A DNA stretch of 64,000 nt. Source: Bacteriovoracaceae bacterium. Lineage in GTDB: Bacteria; Bdellovibrionota; Bacteriovoracia; Bacteriovoracales; Bacteriovoracaceae. Of this stretch, positions 58,247-64,000 are shown piece after piece. The DNA lies in NCBI GenBank assembly GCA_965217035.1, contig OZ244226.1, positions 1,222,146-1,286,145 of the forward strand, in the 5' to 3' direction. The notes below the pieces were generated by a model, which was not told where the DNA came from, searched no databases, and saw only the letters and a list, made by a program, of their open reading frames with translations. How positions within the stretch are numbered: position 1 is the stretch's first letter; each line of letters begins with the position of its first letter. Position numbers and translations under genes: made by a program.

Positions 58247-60779
58247 TAATAAAGAGTCGAGCATCAACAATCGTTGTAACAGTCCCGCTATTTGATTCTC
58301 TTATCGACTCTATCGTAACGATATCTCCTATCTTCAGATCTTTTAGATAGTGTGAATAGGCTGAGGACCCTTCATTATGACCGCTTGAAGCTCGTATATA
58401 AGCACTTGCGCCAATTCCTCCAGAAACCGCAACTCCATTGACATAAACTTGAATTTTTAAGTTTGCTCTTGGAGCAGTCGAAGTAAAAGCACCATTGAAT
58501 ATGAGTAAATAATCTCCATTACTTTGAATCGTTATATTTTCAGGATTTGCACTAAAAGGATCGTGATTAAAAAATGTAGCATCATAGGTATCTTGAATAT
58601 CCCATTGAACAGAGCTTATTGAATTTTGATTCCAATTAGTCCCTGCGACAACATTATTCCCTCTAACTGCAATTGTATTCGTGCTTGTTTCAACCTTATG
58701 AATCAATAAAGAAGCATTCTTTCCACTTTGAACAGTTACTGTCCCTGCTACTGCCTCTTGTTCTGTTATGACCGTAATGACATCGAGAGCAGATAAACCA
58801 TTAAGAACTCCTGACCAGTGAACACTTGTATTATTATGATTTGAAGTAGCTCGAATATAACCTTGAGCCGCAACTCCCCCATCAACAGTAACTCCATTAA
58901 CCTGTACTGAGATTTTTACAGCAGCTCTTGCAACTGATGAGTTCATGGGAACATTTACATAAACCAAATAATCTCCGTTTTCAGTCAATGTAATGTTTTG
59001 AGGATTCGATGAATCTGAATGAGTAAAAGACGAAGAGAGTTTTACCTGACTCCATTCTAATGAATCAGCAGAGTTATTAAGGTCAGCTCCGCCAGTCACC
59101 CGTGTCGCTTTTCCATAAAAAACAGAATCATCCCCAATGTAATCAAGATGCAAAGACGCTGCCTCTAATGTATTAACAACTCCAGTGACTGTTCTTCCTT
59201 GAACTTGAACCTCAATATAATCATTTATACTAAGATCATTTAACAGAATTGTCATTGAAGTCGATGTTTCATCATGACCACTACTATTTCTAATATAATT
59301 AGACTCTGAAATAGCTTCATCTTGCACGACTCCATTCACAAGAACAGTTGCTTGGATTGTTGCTCTCTGAGCTGTTGAAGCTAAATCAAGAGGTAAATTG
59401 AAAGATAATTTATAATCTCCACTTTGGAGAACTGTTACCCTTTCTGGGTTTGATGTTGAATAGCTGTAATATGAACTATCATAGCGCCTATAGGTATCCC
59501 AACTCATTGAATAAAGAGTGTTTAATTGATTTAAATCAGTTCCAAAAGTCGTATTTATTGCTTGAAACCAACCCATCCCTTCCGGAATCTGATAGACCTC
59601 ATAATCATATGAACTTGCAGAACAAACTGAGTGATTACCAGCTAAATCAGTTGCTGCAACCCAAATTGAATTTATTCCAACAGAAAGCGAACTTAGGCTC
59701 ATTGTAATTGTTCCTCCTGAGCTGGCCGTATCATTTTTTATTTCAGTAGAACAACTAGCGTCACTATAAAGAGTGACCGTTGCATAAGCGTCCGTTGTTA
59801 AACTTAAGAATGGAGTTGTATTATCACTTGGAGATTCAGGATTCCAGCTTGAAAAAATCGGGGCAGCAGGAGCCACTCCATCAACATTCACAAAAGAAGT
59901 ATTTGGTCTTGTAAACGTCAGAAAAGCATCTCTTGAACCAGAGTCCCTTATGGTGGCTCCATTAAGTTCAAAAGGAGATATTAAAGTAATACCATCTATA
60001 TCCGTATCACCTGTCCCCACTGTATATCGAAATAAAAGATCTGTAGTGCCTGTTCCCGACTGATAATCAGCATAAAGAGTAGAACCTCCTACATCTATTC
60101 CTATTCGAGGAGTTCCTCCGACTACATCAACTGCCTCAGAAAAAGTTAATGTTGAAGTTCCACTACCAGTAGCGTAGTTAAGATATTGAGTGACTCCACC
60201 TAGATCAAAAGAAATTCTTGGAGCACCATAAACATAAACAGCTTCATCATAGTCTAATGTTAAAATGAGTGCATCGTTAAACTCGTAAGTATCACCAGCA
60301 GGGACATTGGTAGTCGTTAACGTTGGAGTTATAGCATCAACTCTTAAGTTCGATGCTCCTGTATCAGTAAAAACTGTATTCACATCAAAAGTGGTTTGAT
60401 AACGAATTGTTCCACCATTTAAGTTTATGAGAGGAGTAACACCTATTCCATCAGAATCAAAATCTCCTGCCCCAACAGTACATTCAAACCACAACTCGGA
60501 TGAATCTTCACCTTGATCATAAAAAGTCGCCGTTTGAGAATTTCCACCAATATCAATTGTGATATCAGGAACTCCAATTACAGTTGTTGTTCCTGGAAAT
60601 GAGAGTACAACATAAAATGTTTCTCCCTCTACGTAATAAGTTGGATCATTTGGATTTACGACAGATAGTAAGTTAGTTGACTGCGTATGCCCGTCATAAA
60701 CTGTGCCAGATTCCTCTTCATCAGTTTCGAAACAGGAGACACAAAGAATGAATAAAAATAAATAGTTAATCAATCTCAT
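58230..60779 (-). CDS. Large surface lipoprotein/adhesin: Ig-like repeats plus three tandem C1q/TNF(BclA-C)-like domains
   Basis: Lipobox CVSC; Y..G.GT..L.F.YTV..GD.D.DGI repeats; ATDLAGN Big domain; three repeats of I...GDY.....VNG....YIR..SGH. Confidence 0.8.
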   Translation of the reverse strand: MRLINYLFLFILCVSCFETDEEESGTVYDGHTQSTNLLSVVNPNDPTYYVEGETFYVVLSFPGTTTVIGVPDITIDIGGNSQTATFYDQGEDSSELWFECTVGAGDFDSDGIGVTPLINLNGGTIRYQTTFDVNTVFTDTGASNLRVDAITPTLTTTNVPAGDTYEFNDALILTLDYDEAVYVYGAPRISFDLGGVTQYLNYATGSGTSTLTFSEAVDVVGGTPRIGIDVGGSTLYADYQSGTGTTDLLFRYTVGTGDTDIDGITLISPFELNGATIRDSGSRDAFLTFTRPNTSFVNVDGVAPAAPIFSSWNPESPSDNTTPFLSLTTDAYATVTLYSDASCSTEIKNDTASSGGTITMSLSSLSVGINSIWVAATDLAGNHSVCSASSYDYEVYQIPEGMGWFQAINTTFGTDLNQLNTLYSMSWDTYRRYDSSYYSYSTSNPERVTVLQSGDYKLSFNLPLDLASTAQRATIQATVLVNGVVQDEAISESNYIRNSSGHDETSTSMTILLNDLSINDYIEVQVQGRTVTGVVNTLEAASLHLDYIGDDSVFYGKATRVTGGADLNNSADSLEWSQVKLSSSFTHSDSSNPQNITLTENGDYLVYVNVPMNSSVARAAVKISVQVNGVTVDGGVAAQGYIRATSNHNNTSVHWSGVLNGLSALDVITVITEQEAVAGTVTVQSGKNASLLIHKVETSTNTIAVRGNNVVAGTNWNQNSISSVQWDIQDTYDATFFNHDPFSANPENITIQSNGDYLLIFNGAFTSTAPRANLKIQVYVNGVAVSGGIGASAYIRASSGHNEGSSAYSHYLKDLKIGDIVTIESIRESNSGTVTTIVDARLFIINYPF

Positions 60780-60909
60780 AACTCAAGTATTAATTATAGC
60801 GCTCTCCTCTTTACTCAGATTAGGCTTGAATACAGCGCGGCTTAACCCATCGTTTTTTTACAAGACAATTAAGTGACAAAAAAGTTTGCACTTAACACGT
60901 TCTTAACTT

Positions 60910-60937
60910 TTATCGACTTTTTTCAAAGAAACCCTAG
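60910..60937 (-). promoter_or_regulatory. Possible sigma28-type promoter of the adhesin gene
   Basis: CTAGG-N15-GTCGATAA, about 130 nt upstream of the ATG. Confidence 0.35.
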
Positions 60938-61037
60938 CTTGACCAGAGGAGTCGGGAAAACATTTCCTCTAATATATAGACACACTATTTCAAAGGTAAA
61001 ATAGTCATGTATAACACGTTGTCTGGATGAAACAAAT

Positions 61038-62141
61038 TTGAAAACAATAAAATTTTTATTCATTATTTTGCTGAGTTTTTTTTCAATGAACACTTTTGCA
61101 ATTTTAGAATTTGAGGATGCACCCTTTCCCGAATTTATTACTTCAGCTAGAGCACTTGCAATGGGTAATGCTTTTATTTGCAAAGTAGACGGCCCCAATG
61201 CTGCTTTTTATAACCCTGCCGGACTCGGAACAGTAAGAAAAACAACTTTCCATCTAACTAATCTTCACCTTGAGTTGAACAAAGGGTTTATCAACCTTAC
61301 TGAAGGAAATGCTGGGGATGTTATTGGAAAGCTAGAAGATAATTTCACGGCCAGAGGTGTTCGAGATAATCTTGCAAATAATCCAGGAAATCTCAGTCAT
61401 GCGAAAGTTAATCTCTTTCCTAATTTAACAACTCGTTATTTCCAGATTGGTTATATGTATTCTCAGACAGCAAGAGCAAATCTTGATTCAACATCCTCCG
61501 ATGTTGAATTTGCAGAAAGAAGGGATCACGGCCCGGTAGCTGCTTTAAACTTTTCCCTATTTGGTGGAGTTGTGAAGTTTGGTGCAAGCGGGATTCTTTT
61601 AAATCGAAGACAATTACAGAGAGATTTTACCGCCTCAGAAACTGTCGACATCTCAGATCAGAACTATTCTGAAGCAAGTGGTTTGTTCATAAATGCTGGT
61701 GTTCGTGTCACCCTACCATGGACTTGGTTACCAACATTCGCTGGGGTGATGAGAAATGCCGGCAGTACAGAATGGGATATTGACCAAGCAGGCAGCACAA
61801 CATTAGCAGAAATCCCCACAACTTATGACCTTGGTTTTTCCCTAACTCCGCAAATTGGAAAAACGATGAGAGTTCATATGGAAATCAATTATAAAGACCT
61901 TACTGATCAATACTCTGCAATTTCAAAAAAGAGAAAATTACTTGCAGGTATCGAATTTGATATCGCACGAAAGTTCTTTCTTCGCTTTGGTTATGGAGAT
62001 GGATTTGGTTCTGCAGGAATTGGGATTCAAGGTAAAAGGGTTCACTGGGACCTCACAACCTATGCTGTTGATTTAAGCCAAGCTGAAATCAGAGGTCGCG
62101 AAGACCGTCGCTTTGTCCTCTCTATGGCTTCAGGATTCTAG
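61038..62141 (+). CDS. Outer-membrane beta-barrel, PorV/FadL/TraF-like
   Basis: Signal peptide, ARALAMGNAF..D..AAFYNPAGL plug motif, C-terminal Phe. Confidence 0.75.
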   Translation: MKTIKFLFIILLSFFSMNTFAILEFEDAPFPEFITSARALAMGNAFICKVDGPNAAFYNPAGLGTVRKTTFHLTNLHLELNKGFINLTEGNAGDVIGKLEDNFTARGVRDNLANNPGNLSHAKVNLFPNLTTRYFQIGYMYSQTARANLDSTSSDVEFAERRDHGPVAALNFSLFGGVVKFGASGILLNRRQLQRDFTASETVDISDQNYSEASGLFINAGVRVTLPWTWLPTFAGVMRNAGSTEWDIDQAGSTTLAEIPTTYDLGFSLTPQIGKTMRVHMEINYKDLTDQYSAISKKRKLLAGIEFDIARKFFLRFGYGDGFGSAGIGIQGKRVHWDLTTYAVDLSQAEIRGREDRRFVLSMASGF

Positions 62142-63259
62142 TGTACGAAATTGTGTCTATTCTTTCGACCTGGGAATCGATGCCCAACATTTCCTAAAAA
62201 ACTTGTCTTAATCTCTGCAATCGAAGCAATTCTTCTTTCTGCTAAACGATCAGTTGCTGTATGAACAGCAATATTCTCATCATCAGAGAGTTTAAAAATA
62301 TCGAGACTCGTATCATAGATCTTATCAATCATTCTTCGAGATTTCGTATCACTCCATCCTTCAAATTCAATACTTACATTCATAAGGCCACCAGCATTGA
62401 TAAGATAATCAGGAGCATAGAGGATCTCTCTATTTTTAAGTTCATCTCCATGACGGTCTTCTGCTAATTGGTTATTAGCAGCACCACAAATGATCTTTGT
62501 CTTAAGTCTTCCAATCGTATCATCGTTAATAGAAGCTCCAAGTGCACATGGAGAATGAACATCACATTCAATATCAAAGATTTCATCAGGGTTTACCAAC
62601 TCTGCAGAAGGAATAGCTTCTTTAAACCTTTCAATATTTGAATTACTGATATCTGTAAAAAAGATTTTTGCGCCACCATTATCAAGAAGTTTTCCAAGCT
62701 CAAAACCAACTGCTCCAACTCCTTGAATAACAACGATCTTGTCTCTTACTGAACGCTTTCCATTCACTTTAGTAAGAGCAGCTTCCATTCCTCTAAAAAC
62801 ACCAAGCGCTGTATAAGGAGCAGGGTTACCAGAACCACCATGAACTTTTGCAACTCCTACGCAATTGCTTGTTTCAACGTAAACGTTTTCAATATCATCA
62901 ACTGTAACGTTAACATCTTCAGCTGTTATATAGCGACCATTCAATGATTCAATAAAGCGCCCATAACTTCTAAAAAGTGCTTCTGATTTATCTTTCTTAG
63001 GGTCACCAATAATAACGCCTTTACCACCACCAAGATTTAGACCAGAAACAGCAGCTTTATAAGTCATTCCTTTTGAAAGTCTAAGAACATCAACAAGTGC
63101 TTCTTCCTCAGTAGCATAGTTCCACATTCTCGTTCCACCTAAGGCTGGTCCAAGAGTTGTATTATGAATGGCCACAATAGCTTTAAGGTTACAAGAAGGA
63201 TCACTGAAGTATACAACTTGTTCGTGTCCCATTGAGTAGATGCTTTCAAATGTTGCCAT
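62138..63259 (-). CDS. ldh: Leucine dehydrogenase (Glu/Leu/Phe/Val dehydrogenase)
   Basis: GPALGGTRM, GMTYK, LGGGK, YITAEDV, QGVGAVG, GAANNQL, YAPDYLINAGG. Confidence 0.93.
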   Translation of the reverse strand: MATFESIYSMGHEQVVYFSDPSCNLKAIVAIHNTTLGPALGGTRMWNYATEEEALVDVLRLSKGMTYKAAVSGLNLGGGKGVIIGDPKKDKSEALFRSYGRFIESLNGRYITAEDVNVTVDDIENVYVETSNCVGVAKVHGGSGNPAPYTALGVFRGMEAALTKVNGKRSVRDKIVVIQGVGAVGFELGKLLDNGGAKIFFTDISNSNIERFKEAIPSAELVNPDEIFDIECDVHSPCALGASINDDTIGRLKTKIICGAANNQLAEDRHGDELKNREILYAPDYLINAGGLMNVSIEFEGWSDTKSRRMIDKIYDTSLDIFKLSDDENIAVHTATDRLAERRIASIAEIKTSFLGNVGHRFPGRKNRHNFVH

Positions 63260-63340
63260 GCAAAAAATCCTTTATATAGAGATAGTCTATTTTTGATTGT
63301 TTAAGTAGAATTTTTATAGAGTTTAAGGAGTAAAAGGAAC

Positions 63341-63643
63341 ATGCACACTGTGTTAAATCTCTCAAAAAATCAAGAGGTTAGCATCGATAACGAAGAAACT
63401 ATTTATGAAGGTTTCTTGAAAGAAGGGATCGACCTCCCTCATGGCTGCCTAGCAGGAAGCTGTGGGGTTTGCTTTATAAAAATTGAAGAGGGTGCAAAAA
63501 ACCTCAGGGAACCTAAAACAATCGAACAAGACACTGTCGATACTATTAAAAAAGCTAGATCACTCTCTGAACAAGACAACTATCGACTTTCATGTCGAGC
63601 AAGAGTTAAAGGCAAGGTTTCTTTTAGTCTTCCTGAGAAATAA
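63341..63643 (+). CDS. 2Fe-2S ferredoxin
   Basis: PHGCLAGSCGVC...RLSC. Confidence 0.9.
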   Translation: MHTVLNLSKNQEVSIDNEETIYEGFLKEGIDLPHGCLAGSCGVCFIKIEEGAKNLREPKTIEQDTVDTIKKARSLSEQDNYRLSCRARVKGKVSFSLPEK

Positions 63644-63998
63644 CTCGGAAAAAATCATCTCTCGAAAATGGAAAGCTAAGATACTCATGAACACCCTCGG
63701 GTGAATTCTGGTGAGCTTGTACTTTTTCAGGTGTTAAGTTCTTCGCAACGATAGCTATTTTTATAGATGGAAACTTGCTTTTCACTTTTGGAATAAGTTG
63801 TGAACAAAGTTTTGGATAAGCGCTGTAGTTCAAAAATAAAACAATATTGCTTCCCGATTGAAGTTCTCTTGGTAGCGCTTCAAACTCTTCAATAATCCTG
63901 TAATTTAAATTTTCATCAAGCTCTTTTACGAGGTAAGCAAAAAACTCACTTCTGTAGTCAAAAAATACTAATTTCGGAAGTGGATTTTCTTCAACAAC
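63624..63998 (-). CDS. Partial gene (5' end outside window) ending in a degenerate receiver-like domain
   Basis: Frame is open from 63998 (VVEENPLPKLVFFDY...) through KFPSIKIAIVA...GVHEYLSFPFS, a CheY-like pattern without the canonical Asp/Lys. Confidence 0.55.
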   Translation of the reverse strand, partial: VVEENPLPKLVFFDYRSEFFAYLVKELDENLNYRIIEEFEALPRELQSGSNIVLFLNYSAYPKLCSQLIPKVKSKFPSIKIAIVAKNLTPEKVQAHQNSPEGVHEYLSFPFSRDDFFRVISQED

Positions 63999-64000
63999 AA

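Noticed and set aside
60780..60900. c-di-GMP-I riboswitch in the adhesin leader (GCAAAC, GCCTAA fragments; TTAAGTG/CACTTAA stem)
   Set aside because: No GNRA-capped P2 or GACGCAAAGC-like core in the right order; only a generic hairpin is supported.

Overview
AT-rich (roughly 35% GC by eye), gene-dense chromosomal window, most likely from a predatory Bdellovibrionota bacterium (Bacteriovoracia/Halobacteriovorax-like). This is inferred from the complete Agl-Glt gliding-type cluster, a TIGR02147/DUF4423 HTH gene and FliA-type promoters. The window holds an Opp/Dpp ABC transporter (partial), a TPR + LolB-like pair, and a phaR-OMP-ArsA/ArsA-gshA-CBS-CGL operon. It also has an HD-GYP phosphodiesterase, a Suv3-like helicase with DUF455 and ATP-grasp genes, a QueD-like gene, a matrixin protease, groES/groEL, polA and trxA. 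Further along are the Agl-Glt cluster, addAB-like genes, hslO, pdxH, a FadF-like Fe-S oxidoreductase, a large surface lipoprotein with three tandem C1q/TNF-like domains, leucine dehydrogenase and a ferredoxin. I saw no rRNA, tRNA, CRISPR array or IS element. Two non-coding signals stand out. One is a sigma54 promoter followed by about 240 nt carrying five GGA-loop hairpins, a candidate CsrA-binding leader or sponge RNA (23260-23600). The other is a pseudoknotted element with mutually exclusive pairings upstream of polA (30496-30613).
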